A stretch of 64,000 bases of DNA from Capsulimonadaceae bacterium (GCA_965215505.1 OZ244065.1:3616001-3680000), one strand, 5' to 3'; positions 29,188 to 38,940 are shown, counted from the stretch's first letter. A program made the numbers and translations. Notes: generated by a model not told the origin, from the letters alone.

Positions 29188-29793
29188 CTATCGTGCTATC
29201 AGAGCCTCCAGATGCGCCCGGACGGCGGGCCACTCGGGGGCGATGACGCTGTACATCACCGTGTCGCGGACGAAGCCGTCCGGCATGACCATGTGGGCGC
29301 GCAGGACTCCCTCGCGCCGCGCCCCGATGCGCGCGATGGCGGCCTGGGAGCGCGTGTTGCGCGCGTCGGTCTTGATCTGGACGCGGTGGCAGCCCAGCGA
29401 CTCGAAGCAGTGGCCCAGCAGCAGGAACTTCGCCTCGGTGTTCAGCGCGGTCCGCTGGTAGGGCCGGCCCAGCCAGGTGCGCCCGATCTCCAGCCGCCGG
29501 TGCAGGGCCGAAATGTCGTACAGGCTGGTGGAGCCGGCGGCCCGGCCCGTGGCCGCCTCCACGACGGCGAAGGCCAGCCCCTCCCCGCGCTCCTGCTCCT
29601 CCAAAGCCTCTTCCAGCCAGAGGCGCAGGGCGTCCGGCCTCCCCATGTCCCCGAAGCTCATGTACCGCCAGAGGTTCCGGTCGGCGCAGAAGGGGGTCAG
29701 GTCGCCCAGGTGCCGGGCGGCCAGCGGCTCCAGCCGGACGTGACGCCCGGCCAGGGTGACGGGACGGACGGCGAACGCGGGCGGGGCACTCAC
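29188..29793 (-). CDS. GNAT N-acetyltransferase (RimJ/RimL-like)
   Basis: VRLEPL, LEIGRTW, NTEAK, TDARNTRS, EGVLR, RDTVMYS. Confidence 0.9.
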   Translation of the reverse strand: MSAPPAFAVRPVTLAGRHVRLEPLAARHLGDLTPFCADRNLWRYMSFGDMGRPDALRLWLEEALEEQERGEGLAFAVVEAATGRAAGSTSLYDISALHRRLEIGRTWLGRPYQRTALNTEAKFLLLGHCFESLGCHRVQIKTDARNTRSQAAIARIGARREGVLRAHMVMPDGFVRDTVMYSVIAPEWPAVRAHLEALIAR

Positions 29794-30302
29794 CGGTGGC
29801 TCTCCTGGACCAGGTTCTTCGCCGCGTCCAGGGCCAGCAGATACCCATACGGCCCCAGCCCGACGATCTGGCCCGTGGAAACCGGCGAGACGACGGAATG
29901 GCGGCGGAACTCCTCGCGGGCGTGGACGTTCGACAGGTGGACCTCGATGGTCGGCAGGCGCGAGTCGGCGATGGCGTCCCGGATGGCGTAGGAGTAGTGG
30001 GTGTACGCGCCGGGGTTGATGACGATGGCGGACGCCCAGCCCATCGCCTCCTGCACGAAGTCAACGATCGCGCCTTCCGAATTGGACTGTTGGATGCGGA
30101 CCTCCACGCCTAATACTTTCGCGTGGGCCTCGATCTTCTTGTTGACCGATTCGAACGTGTCCTTGCCGTAGATGTCCGGGTCGCGGACGCCGAGCATGTT
30201 GAGGTTGGGGCCGTGGATCAGCGCGATGCGGATCAGGGCGGTGCGGGTGAGCTGCACGGTGGTCTCCAGTGCGGGAGGGTCATTACTGCTTGGGGGTGTC
30301 AC
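29790..30302 (-). CDS. aroQ: Type II 3-dehydroquinate dehydratase
   Basis: HGPNLNMLG, QSNSEG, INPGAYTHYS, EVHLSNVHAREEFR. Confidence 0.96.
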   Translation of the reverse strand: MTPPSSNDPPALETTVQLTRTALIRIALIHGPNLNMLGVRDPDIYGKDTFESVNKKIEAHAKVLGVEVRIQQSNSEGAIVDFVQEAMGWASAIVINPGAYTHYSYAIRDAIADSRLPTIEVHLSNVHAREEFRRHSVVSPVSTGQIVGLGPYGYLLALDAAKNLVQESHR

Positions 30303-30326
30303 TTTCTACTCGTCATCTTCTATCTG

Positions 30327-30503
30327 TCACTTGCTGCCCGGAATCGTCGCCTCCTCGGGCAGCAGGATCGGGATGCCGTCGCGGATCGGGTAGACGCGCC
30401 CGCACTGGTCGCAGACGAGGGTTTCGCCCTCCTGCCGCAGCGGCGGGCGGTCGTCGTCGGCGGGGCAGGCGAGGACGGCTAAAAACTTCGGGTCGAGGGG
30501 CAT
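30327..30503 (-). CDS. Trm112 family protein (58 aa)
   Basis: Read manually: MPLDPKFLAVLACP...LVCDQCGRVYPIRDGIPILL. Confidence 0.88.
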   Translation of the reverse strand: MPLDPKFLAVLACPADDDRPPLRQEGETLVCDQCGRVYPIRDGIPILLPEEATIPGSK

Positions 30504-30515
30504 GGGGATGGTCCT

Positions 30516-30989
30516 TTAGATGATCTGGAAACAGCGGTCGAGGAACTTCAGCATGTTAACCATGCCGCGCCCGTCGAACTGAAGATTGAGGAATTGATAG
30601 TCAGCCGGCGCGACCACGCCCCCCGGCACCTGCCAGGGATACTCGGGGTTCGGCCCGTCACTTGCGATGGATGGCGCTTCCTCGATGAGCCTCGCCTGCG
30701 GCAGAAGCGAGGCGATGTAGGCGTCGACCTGACTGGGGCCACAATGACAGGCCTGCCGCAACTGATTGCTGCTCCGCACCGAGCGCAGGAACCCGACAAA
30801 TGCCCGATGCACTTTTGGGGGCTGAGGCCCACCCGGTGCCGTGGCAAACCCCTTGCCGAGTTTCTCTGTCGCCATCTGCAAGAAGTGCAACTGGTGACAG
30901 AAGGGTGCCTGGTGGCTACGCAGGAATTGCAGCATCTCGAAGTCCGAACGCGCCTGCACGAGCAAGGCGTCTCGCCAGTCCATTGGCAT
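30516..30989 (-). CDS. HEPN-like domain protein
   Basis: QARSDF, HFLQMATEKLGK, PNPEYPW pattern. Confidence 0.55.
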   Translation of the reverse strand: MPMDWRDALLVQARSDFEMLQFLRSHQAPFCHQLHFLQMATEKLGKGFATAPGGPQPPKVHRAFVGFLRSVRSSNQLRQACHCGPSQVDAYIASLLPQARLIEEAPSIASDGPNPEYPWQVPGGVVAPADYQFLNLQFDGRGMVNMLKFLDRCFQII

Positions 30990-31002
30990 GGCAGTTGTAT
31001 CC

Positions 31003-31701
31003 TTATCCCTTTGGCCGGAGTTGTACGGCCGTTTCCCACGATCCCCAGTCGGGCGGCGGCGGCAGGACGACTTTTTCCTCCGGGCGCATCACCACAATCG
31101 CGGAGGGATAGGCAACGCCGCCTTGCGGGAAAGCGTTGAAATAGTAGGGGACCATCTCCTCACTCGGAATCGTGACCGGATCGAGCAGCACCAGCCGGAT
31201 AGTGTCTTCCGCCGGGAACAGATAGATGCCTACCAGGTCAGGCGAAACCTCCATGTTGTAGTCGGCGAGCTTCCGGGCGGCGTCATAAATGCTCTCCGTG
31301 TTCGTCATGCTTTCTTGAACGACTGTCATCTTAATGTACTCCTCGCATACCACCGAATGTTGTGCCACCGAATGTTGTTCCCTAATTTGTTCTCCCGGCC
31401 ACAACCGCCGCGCGTCTTCCCACGTTCCCCAGCCGGGCGGCGCGAGGTGTTCCTTCTCCTCGGGCCGGATCAATACCACCGCGTAAGGGTAAGGGATGCC
31501 TCCCTGTGGATAAGGCCCGAAAGAGAAAGCGGCCATCTTCTCACTCGGAAGTGTGATCGGGTCGAGCATGACCAGCCGGATGATGTCTTCCGCCGGGAAC
31601 CAGTAGATCGCCTCCAAATCCGGTGCGTTCTGTATGTTGCCGTCCGCCAGCCGTTGAGCCGCTTCCCTAATGCTTCCGACACCTTCCTGAGCGACCGTCA
31701 C
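31003..31701 (-). CDS. Protein of two tandem ~105-aa paralogous units (putative HEPN partner)
   Basis: IYWFPAEDIIRLV / IYLFPAEDTIRLV and PPGWGTWE / PPDWGSWE; GTGA-coupled to upstream GT; second unit has its own GAGGAG + ATG (31329). Confidence 0.7.
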   Translation of the reverse strand: MTVAQEGVGSIREAAQRLADGNIQNAPDLEAIYWFPAEDIIRLVMLDPITLPSEKMAAFSFGPYPQGGIPYPYAVVLIRPEEKEHLAPPGWGTWEDARRLWPGEQIREQHSVAQHSVVCEEYIKMTVVQESMTNTESIYDAARKLADYNMEVSPDLVGIYLFPAEDTIRLVLLDPVTIPSEEMVPYYFNAFPQGGVAYPSAIVVMRPEEKVVLPPPPDWGSWETAVQLRPKG

Positions 31702-32846
31702 CTGACACACTCCTCGTAAATCTCCAGAGTCTCGCGGGCGGCTTTCTCCCACGAGAACAGGGCGGCGCGGGCCGGGCCGCGCTCGCGCCAGCGGGCGAGG
31801 ATCGGCGGCGCGGACAGCAGCTTGCCCAGGGCGCGCGCCCAGGCGTCCGAGTCGTCGGGGGGCAGCAGTATCCCCGCATCGCCGACCACTTCGGGCAGGG
31901 ACGACGACCGGCTGCACAGGACGGGACAGCCGCAGGCCAGGGCCTCCAGCGGCGGGAGGCCGAAGCCCTCGTAGCGCGACGGGTAGCACAGGGCCTCCGC
32001 GCCGCCGTAGAGGGCGGGGAGGTCGTCGTCGGCGACGTAGCCCGCCAGCACGATACCCCGCGTGACCTCGGAGGGCAGGGCGGCGAGCTGCCTGTCGGTG
32101 TCGTCCAGCCAGCCGCGCTTCCCCGCGATGACCAGCCGGTGCGGCGGCGGCTCGCCGTTCATCTTCAGGCCCAGCTTGACTAGGGCGAAGGCGTCCAGCA
32201 GCAGGGCCAGGTTCTTGCGCGGCTGCAAGACGCCCACGGCCAGCAGGTACGGGCGGTCGTCCAGGCCTAATGCCCTGTTCGCCGCCGCCCGCGCCGTTTC
32301 CTGCCCGCCCGCCGGGGGGCGGAACCGGGCATCGGCGGCCTCCAGGACCACGCGGACGTTGCCCTTCGGCACCTGCGGGTAGAAGCGCAGGATGTCCCGG
32401 CGGGTGCTTTCCGAGACGGCGATGACGCGGGCGGCCTTCCGCATGGAGCGCGGGACCAGGGTTTGCAGTATTCGCCGGTCGCGGGGCAGGAACAGGTCGG
32501 GGTGAACACGGAACGACACGTCATGCACCGTCGTGACGACGGGGCAGGGGGCGCCCAGCAGGGGGATGTTGTACTGGGTGTGCGCGACATCGATCCCGTC
32601 GGCTTTGAGGGCGCGTGGCCAGCCCGCCACCATCCACAGGGCGTCACTGGAAGGGGCGGGGAGCTGCCGCCAGGAGAAGTTCGGTCCCAGGCCCGGCGGC
32701 GAGTCGCCGTCCACGGGCAGCCGCGTGTACAGGACGTACTCGTTCGCGGCGTCTGTGGCGGCAAGGCCCCCGATCAGCCCGCGCCAGTAGGTCCGGTCGC
32801 CGGTAAAGCGCCCCGAGAGGGTGCGCGCGTCAATGCCGATTCGCAT
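31698..32846 (-). CDS. Glycosyltransferase family 4
   Basis: MRIGIDAR, TVHDV, PRKNL, YEGFGLPPLEA. Confidence 0.92.
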   Translation of the reverse strand: MRIGIDARTLSGRFTGDRTYWRGLIGGLAATDAANEYVLYTRLPVDGDSPPGLGPNFSWRQLPAPSSDALWMVAGWPRALKADGIDVAHTQYNIPLLGAPCPVVTTVHDVSFRVHPDLFLPRDRRILQTLVPRSMRKAARVIAVSESTRRDILRFYPQVPKGNVRVVLEAADARFRPPAGGQETARAAANRALGLDDRPYLLAVGVLQPRKNLALLLDAFALVKLGLKMNGEPPPHRLVIAGKRGWLDDTDRQLAALPSEVTRGIVLAGYVADDDLPALYGGAEALCYPSRYEGFGLPPLEALACGCPVLCSRSSSLPEVVGDAGILLPPDDSDAWARALGKLLSAPPILARWRERGPARAALFSWEKAARETLEIYEECVR

Positions 32847-32960
32847 GGTGTTGTCCTGAACCCACCCCGGCGCGAGCGCCGACCCTCCCGAAACGGGAGG
32901 GTCGGGTGAGAAGGTGGTCGGTCGGTTTACCGGGATGAGTGGGGGGCCGGGGGGTCAAGT

Positions 32961-33090
32961 TCGCCGCCCTTGCCGTTGTCGCCGCCCTTGCCGTTGTCGC
33001 CGCCCTTGCCGTTGTCGCCGCCCTTGCCGTTGTCGCCGCCCTGTCCGTGCCGCCGCCCTGTCCGTGCCGCCGCCCTGTCCGTGCCGCCGC
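32961..33090. repeat. Tandem repeats: 18-bp TCGCCGCCCTTGCCGTTG x4, then 17-bp CCGCCGCCCTGTCCGTG x3
   Basis: Direct reading; lies between inverted arms at ~32860-32906 and ~33150-33193. Confidence 0.9.
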
Positions 33091-33193
33091 TCTATTAACA
33101 GTACCACTGTCCAATCATCCCGCTAGACCCCCCGACCACCCTCCCAGTCCACCCTCCCGTTTCGGGAGGGTCGCGACTTGTCGCGGGGTGGGT

Positions 33194-34204
33194 TCACCCG
33201 TACCGCGCGCGCACATAGAGGTTGTAGGCGGCGCGCGCCCAGCCGCGCTTGTTGATCCATTCGCGCGCCCGCATCCCCCGCCCCGCCGCGAACCCTTGCC
33301 CCCGGTCCATCCCCAGGCCGGGCGGCATCCGGGCGGCGACGGCCGCGATGGCTTCCAGGGCATCCGGCTCGACGCGCCGGTCCTGCCGGGTCGCCCGCGT
33401 CAGGGCCAGGGTCCAGAGTGACCGCCGCCATCCGTCGAAGTAGGCGGGCGCATGGGCGGCATAGGCCTGGGCGAAGTCCGGGTCGCGGGCGGCGAGGTCT
33501 TCCAGGAAGGCGGCATACGGAGGCATGGCGGTCAGCCACGACTGCCAGCCCGTCCCGCCGCTCGCGCTGGCCGGGTGCAGGCGGCAGGAGAAGCAGCGTT
33601 CGGGCGCGGTCGCCTTGTACGAACCCTCCATCAGAGCCATCCACAGGGCGTCGTCGGCGAACAGCAGCTTTTCGAATGGCCGGATGCCCCCCACCGCCCG
33701 GTAGCGGGCGGAGGGCATTAGGTAGCCCGTGCCGTAGGTGTCGCGTTTGCCGGTGAACAGGGCGGCCAGGTACTCGGCGGCCGTCTCGCGGGCGGGCAGC
33801 GGGCGGCAGGGGCGGGTCGCCTTGCCGCGCGCGTTGATGAACCGGAAGTGGGTGTGGTACAGGCCCGCGTCGGGATGCGCCCGCGTCAGGGCGTCCATGA
33901 CGGCGAGGTAGTCCGGGTCCAGCAGGTCGTCCTGGCCGATGATGGTCATGAACTCGCCCTTGGGCAGGGTGAGCGCCCGCCCCCAGTTCCCCTCAATGCC
34001 CAGGTGGACGGGCGTCGGGAAGAGCATCAGGCGCGGCTCGCCCAATGCCCGCAGCCACTCCAGAGACCCGTCCGTGCTGCCGTCGTCCAGGACGGCCAGG
34101 GCGAAGCCCCGGTAGGTCTGTGCCTGGATGCTGGCGATGCACTGCTTGAGGAAGTCGCCGCCGTTATAGGAGGGGACGATGAGCGTGAACTTGAGGTCGG
34201 CCAC
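33194..34204 (-). CDS. Glycosyltransferase family 2
   Basis: IVPSYN, DDGSTDGS, QDD. Confidence 0.88.
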   Translation of the reverse strand: MADLKFTLIVPSYNGGDFLKQCIASIQAQTYRGFALAVLDDGSTDGSLEWLRALGEPRLMLFPTPVHLGIEGNWGRALTLPKGEFMTIIGQDDLLDPDYLAVMDALTRAHPDAGLYHTHFRFINARGKATRPCRPLPARETAAEYLAALFTGKRDTYGTGYLMPSARYRAVGGIRPFEKLLFADDALWMALMEGSYKATAPERCFSCRLHPASASGGTGWQSWLTAMPPYAAFLEDLAARDPDFAQAYAAHAPAYFDGWRRSLWTLALTRATRQDRRVEPDALEAIAAVAARMPPGLGMDRGQGFAAGRGMRAREWINKRGWARAAYNLYVRARYG

Positions 34205-34216
34205 GGGCGTCTTTCT

Positions 34217-35635
34217 CTAAGTGCGGGGCTGCTCCGAGGCCGACGCGGGGCCGGTGCTGGCCCGCACGACCAGTTCGGTGGGGACGGTCAGCCGGCAGTC
34301 GGCGGCGCTCGCGCCGCCGATCAGCGCGATCAGGCGTTCCCCGCCGAGCTGGGCGATCCGCCGGAAGGGCTGGCGGATCGTGGTCAGGCCGCCGCAGACA
34401 CGTTTGGCGAAGCCGGCGTCGTTGAAGCCGGTCACGGAGATGTCCTCGGGCACGCGCAGGCCGTGACGGGCGATGGTCCGGGCGGCGTAGTCGGCGTAGC
34501 CGTCGTCGGAGGCGATCAGGGCCGTGGGCCGCTCGGGCAAGGCCAGCCACCGCCCCAGCGTGGCCTCGTAGGCCGGCCAGTCCCAGACGGCTTCGGCTTC
34601 GGCGTACTCTAAAGCCTCGCCGGCCAGGCCCGCGTCCGCCATGGCCTGGCGAAAGCCGTCGCGCCGGTCCCGGTAGTTCGAGGTGTGGGCGGGGCCGAGG
34701 TAGCCGATGCGCCGGTGGCCGAGGGCAGTCAGGTGGGCGACGAGCAGATGCATCGCGCCGAGGTTGTCGGCGTTGACCCAGCCGATGCCCGGCGGGACAT
34801 GGCGCGTCAGCAGCGCGACCACGGGCAGGCCCGCCGCGGCCAGCCGCTCCAGGATCGGCTCGTGCATCCACGGGGCCACCCAGAGCAGGCCGTCCACATG
34901 GCCGTTAAGGAAGTTCAGCCCGGAGTAGCGGTGCGCGCGCCCCGGCCAGCCCGTGTAGAGCAGGATCTCGTGTTCGGCGACATCGGCGGCGTCGTTGACC
35001 CCCTGGAGCAGCGGGGCGGAGAGGGAGCTGTCGGTCTCCAGGTCGCCCAGCCCGAAGGTCAGCACGCCCAGGATGCCGGTGCGTCGCTGGCGGATGGCGC
35101 GGACGAAGAAGTTCGGGGTGAAAGACAGCGCCTCGATGGCCGCCCGGATGCGCTCGCCGGTCGCCGCGCTCATGCGCCCCTGCTGGTTGAGGAAGTTCGA
35201 GACCGTGGAGGTGGACACGCCGGCCCGTTCCGCCACGTCGTGGATCGTCGGGCGACGCCGGGCGGGCGCGGCCGGTGGGGCGGGCCGGTCCAAGGCGGGC
35301 ATGGCCGGCGGGGCGGGCACGGCCTCCGGGGCCTGCGCGGTTTCCGGGGAACGCCGCACCCAGTTGGCGACGCTGCGGGTCGGGACGCCCAAGCGAATCC
35401 CGATCTCTTTGGCCGTCAGCCCCTCCGCGCGCAGCCGCCGCGCCTGGAGCCGCAGGTCGTCGGGGTAACCGCGCGGGCGCGGGGCGGGGGTGTAGCGCCG
35501 CCCGCAGTGGCCGCACTTGTAGCGCTGGCTGTCCCCGTTCATCCCGGCCCGGACCTGCCGGTCCGCCCGCCGGCAGTGCGGGCAGGCGATCATCGGCTCC
35601 ATCAATTCCATCAGTTTTCCTTCCGCCGCACTCAC
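34217..35635 (-). CDS. LacI-family regulator with N-terminal IS1 InsA-like Zn-ribbon/HTH
   Basis: CPHC..QRYKCGHC..HTH; TIHDVAERAGVSTSTVS; VPEDISVTGFND, LTTIRQP. Confidence 0.88.
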   Translation of the reverse strand: MSAAEGKLMELMEPMIACPHCRRADRQVRAGMNGDSQRYKCGHCGRRYTPAPRPRGYPDDLRLQARRLRAEGLTAKEIGIRLGVPTRSVANWVRRSPETAQAPEAVPAPPAMPALDRPAPPAAPARRRPTIHDVAERAGVSTSTVSNFLNQQGRMSAATGERIRAAIEALSFTPNFFVRAIRQRRTGILGVLTFGLGDLETDSSLSAPLLQGVNDAADVAEHEILLYTGWPGRAHRYSGLNFLNGHVDGLLWVAPWMHEPILERLAAAGLPVVALLTRHVPPGIGWVNADNLGAMHLLVAHLTALGHRRIGYLGPAHTSNYRDRRDGFRQAMADAGLAGEALEYAEAEAVWDWPAYEATLGRWLALPERPTALIASDDGYADYAARTIARHGLRVPEDISVTGFNDAGFAKRVCGGLTTIRQPFRRIAQLGGERLIALIGGASAADCRLTVPTELVVRASTGPASASEQPRT

Positions 35636-35740
35636 CGGACCGTCTCCACTTGATTTCCCTTTGTACCGTTAGTATGTCCTAAACACTGCATTAATGCAAG
35701 CCCCGGATTGGACGGCCGGTCTAGGGTTTTTTAGGGTACT

Positions 35741-35903
35741 CCCGGCTTCGCCGGTGGGCCGCCCGCTTCGGGGCTTCGGACATGGCAGGGCAGAGGGCGT
35801 AGCAAGCGACGCCCCTACGAAGCCCGAACGACGCCGCCCGGCAGCAATATCCGAACGATGCTCTCCGAAGCCCCGAAGGGGCGGCCCACCGGCGAAGCCG
35901 GGA
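35741..35903. repeat. Paired inverted CCCGGCTTCGCCGGTGGGCCGCCC element with nested GTAG REP
   Basis: Arms at ~35741-35779 and ~35864-35903; related pair at 41847-42145. Confidence 0.75.
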
Positions 35904-36016
35904 ATACCCCAATGAAACCCTAGACCGGCCCTTCAGAGCCGGGTTCCTACTTTTCCGTGCGGAGAGGCAGGGCAAACGGGAGCCAAAAATAGTTTTCGGA
36001 ATTACACGGATTCCTG

Positions 36017-36077
36017 TTGACACCTTGGACAAACCGTGATATGATACGGGTGTGACTTGATAGAACGGTTCTATCAA
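36017..36077 (+). promoter_or_regulatory. sigma70 promoter plus LacI-type operator
   Basis: TTGACA(36017)-17 bp-TATGAT(36040); palindrome TTGATAGAAC-G-GTTCTATCAA (36057-36077). Confidence 0.75.
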
Positions 36078-36245
36078 TCGGTCAAGCCGAGGAGTTATAG
36101 AGTAATCGCGACAAAGGCAACATAGACTTCTCCTTCGCCGGGCAGACGTTCGGCGTAGGACCGTTATGGATTTAATCGCTACAATCGCCATACACTGCGC
36201 CGGGCAAGCCCTGAAGAGGGACGCCCGAAGAGAAGGATACGCTCG

Positions 36246-36482
36246 ATGATGACGCGACTCCATTCATTCGCCCGGTCACTCGCCCGGACGGCGGCGAACC
36301 TGATGCTGCCTGCCTTCCTAGCCTGCCTCCTCCTCACGCCCGCCGCCCGCGCGGGCACCTGGAACCAGTCCATCTACGGCGGCGATGTGATTGTCCGGCA
36401 CGAACTGGACTCGTCCAACAACTACGCCTCCATCCTGTTCATGAGCGGCCTCTACTGGTCCAACGGGTGGCCCACTTACTAG
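36246..36482 (+). CDS. Small secreted protein
   Basis: GAAGGA RBS; signal peptide ending AARA; ~42-aa mature part; GC3-biased codons. Confidence 0.5.
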   Translation: MMTRLHSFARSLARTAANLMLPAFLACLLLTPAARAGTWNQSIYGGDVIVRHELDSSNNYASILFMSGLYWSNGWPTY

Positions 36483-36642
36483 CCGTTCTGCCAAGCGTGT
36501 GGGCGCAGCCGCGCCCATGCTATTGCTAGGATTGCAGCACAGATGTCGGGGCACGGCCCCGATGAACGCGGGGGCGGTCAATGGCGGCGTCCCCCGCACC
36601 CTCCCGCAGCAAGCCGCCACTTGCGGAAAAAGGAAACACGCG

Positions 36643-37440
36643 ATGAAACGGAACATCTCGATGAAGAGGAGTCTGATGACGACGCGGCTCCGCTCCCTGG
36701 CCGCGACCGCCGCGGCCGTGACGGTCGGCCTGGGCCTGCTGGCCGCGCTGGCCCCCTCCGCGCAGGCCCAGGAGAAGAACTTCGGCAAGCAGTGGGCCTG
36801 GAACAACGACTTCAACGGCGGCCACATCAATGCCAGCTTCGGCAATGATGCCTGGCCGACCGAGAGCATCAACTACAACCTCGGCACCGGCAACCTGTAC
36901 GGCTACCCGGCCTGCTGCCTGGGCTGGCACTACGGCTACAACCCGACCGGCGACCGCACGTTCCCCAAGCAGCTCTCCCAGACCAAGGGCGTCCCGTGCA
37001 ACTTCTCCTATTCCTCCTACGGCTCCAACATGCACGGCGACTTCGCCTACGACATGTTCCTGCGCTTCGACAATCAGACCAGCAGCCCGCAGCTCGAGGT
37101 GATGGTCTGGGGCGGCAACAACTCCTACCCCATCGGGACCCGGACCGCCTCCAACGTCCTCAACGCGGGCGGCATCGAGTTCGACCTGTGGGAAGGCAAC
37201 AACAGCGGGGCGGGCTACTACGTCTACACCTTCTGCCCCCACAACACCGGCGGCGGCGCGAGCCTGCCGACGAGCGGCAGCGTGAACGTGGACCAGAAGG
37301 TCTTCTTCAACTGGCTCGCCAGCAACCGGAGCGGCAGCCACTTCAACAACAGCATGTACCTGGACGTCGTCGAGGCGGGCCTGGAGGTGGAGGGCGGCAA
37401 CGGCGGCGCGTGGATCGGCGCGAACATGAGCGCCTACTAA
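36643..37440 (+). CDS. Glycoside hydrolase family 12
   Basis: Signal peptide; YP..GWHYG, AYDMF, EVMVW, PIG, YLDVVEAGLE. Confidence 0.8.
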   Translation: MKRNISMKRSLMTTRLRSLAATAAAVTVGLGLLAALAPSAQAQEKNFGKQWAWNNDFNGGHINASFGNDAWPTESINYNLGTGNLYGYPACCLGWHYGYNPTGDRTFPKQLSQTKGVPCNFSYSSYGSNMHGDFAYDMFLRFDNQTSSPQLEVMVWGGNNSYPIGTRTASNVLNAGGIEFDLWEGNNSGAGYYVYTFCPHNTGGGASLPTSGSVNVDQKVFFNWLASNRSGSHFNNSMYLDVVEAGLEVEGGNGGAWIGANMSAY

Positions 37441-37452
37441 AAGGCCAGCACT

Positions 37453-37478
37453 GCCCCCGGCCCTTCAGGGCCGGGGGC
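37453..37478 (+). terminator. Intercistronic hairpin
   Basis: GCCCCCGGCCCT-TC-AGGGCCGGGGGC followed by GTTT. Confidence 0.5.
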
Positions 37479-37497
37479 GTTTCCAATGGAGGACACC

Positions 37498-38940
37498 ATG
37501 AAGTTCATTCTCCGCATCGCAGCCCTGATATTTGTTCTAGGCACCGCAGGCACCCCGGCGAAGGCCCAGTTCCTGCCCGTCTACGGGGCCAACGCCTTCA
37601 TCAAGGGCGCGAACCTGCCCTGGCTCGACGGCCACTACTCGTACTACCTGGGGATCGACCCGCACAACCCCTCCTACGGCGTCGCCTACAACTCGTCCAG
37701 CATGAACCAGCACCTCGCCGACATGCACGCCATGGGGATCAACGTCGTCCGCCTCTGGGTCAACACGAACGACCAGGGCTGCACCATTGACGGGAGCGGC
37801 AACACGACCGGCGTGACGGCGACCTTCTGGACTAATCTTGACGACACCGTCCGGCTCGCCGGCAACAACGGCATCGCCCTCTATATCACCTTGAACGGCG
37901 GCCGGTCCGACTTCCTCTACACGCCTTCCATGGCGAGCGCCTACATCAACAACGCCCTGAAGCCGATGGTCCAGCGCTACAAGGGCGACGAGCGCGTCTT
38001 CGCCATCGACGCCATGAACGAGCTTGATGGCGTGGTGGGCGGCAGCGACGGCAACTACGGCACGGGCCCTAGCTGGGCGCAGGCGCAGGCGTACATCCGG
38101 AGCATCGTCTCGGCCGTCCACGGCGTGGACCCCGGCCGGCTCGTCTCCTGCTCGACGGGCTGGCACTCCTGGAACAACCTCGGCTACTTCAAGGGGCTGG
38201 GCCTGGACTTCTACGACTTCCACCTCTACGCCGACAACGGCTACATCCCCTCGGCGTCGTCCCTGGGCATGGACAAGCCGATCTATGTCGGCGAAACAGG
38301 CCAGCTCACCAACTCCTGGAGCGACAGCCTCCAGAACACCGAAATGGCGAACATCCTCGGCAACGCCCGGAGCGGGTACGCCGGGGTGGGCATCTGGGCC
38401 TATCAGTATGCGGGCAGCACGGACAAGTACAGCATGCTCAACTCCAACGGGAGCTGGCGTCCGGTCTGTACCACCATCAAGAACTTCAACCCCGGCGGCG
38501 GGGGTGGGGGCGGTGTGGGCGGCCCGATCGCGAACGGGACGTACCGGCTCCAGAACCGCGCCGACGGCGAGATGCTCGACAACCTGGGCGCGACGGCCGA
38601 CGGCGCTTCGGTCTCGCAGTGGGCGGGAGGCACCAGCAGCAACCAGAAATGGACGCTCACCTACAGCGGCGGCTACTATAAGATCACCTGCGGGACCGGC
38701 GGCAAGTGCCTGGACACGCTGGGCAACACGGCGGACGGCTCCACGGTGGGGCAGTACAGCAGCAGCGGCAGCTATAACCAGCAGTGGACGATCACGACGA
38801 CCGATTCGGGGTATTTCAAGATCACCAACCGGGCGACGGGCAAGTGCCTGGACACGGGCGGCCTGACCGGCAACGGGACGGCCCCGATCCAGCAGTGGGG
38901 CAGCAGCGGCAGCTACAACCAGCAGTGGAGGACGCAGTAG
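37498..38940 (+). CDS. GH5-like glycoside hydrolase + ricin-B/CBM13 lectin domain
   Basis: GANLPW, MNE acid/base, DFYDFH, YVGE nucleophile; Gly linker; QxW repeats. Confidence 0.85.
   Translation: MKFILRIAALIFVLGTAGTPAKAQFLPVYGANAFIKGANLPWLDGHYSYYLGIDPHNPSYGVAYNSSSMNQHLADMHAMGINVVRLWVNTNDQGCTIDGSGNTTGVTATFWTNLDDTVRLAGNNGIALYITLNGGRSDFLYTPSMASAYINNALKPMVQRYKGDERVFAIDAMNELDGVVGGSDGNYGTGPSWAQAQAYIRSIVSAVHGVDPGRLVSCSTGWHSWNNLGYFKGLGLDFYDFHLYADNGYIPSASSLGMDKPIYVGETGQLTNSWSDSLQNTEMANILGNARSGYAGVGIWAYQYAGSTDKYSMLNSNGSWRPVCTTIKNFNPGGGGGGGVGGPIANGTYRLQNRADGEMLDNLGATADGASVSQWAGGTSSNQKWTLTYSGGYYKITCGTGGKCLDTLGNTADGSTVGQYSSSGSYNQQWTITTTDSGYFKITNRATGKCLDTGGLTGNGTAPIQQWGSSGSYNQQWRTQ

Noticed and set aside
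31505-31513. Canonical DnaA box TGTGGATAA
   Set aside because: Single copy inside a CDS, 18 kb from dnaA; compatible with chance.
35350-35600. Active IS1 element
   Set aside because: No InsB/DDE domain or terminal inverted repeats; in frame with LacI.
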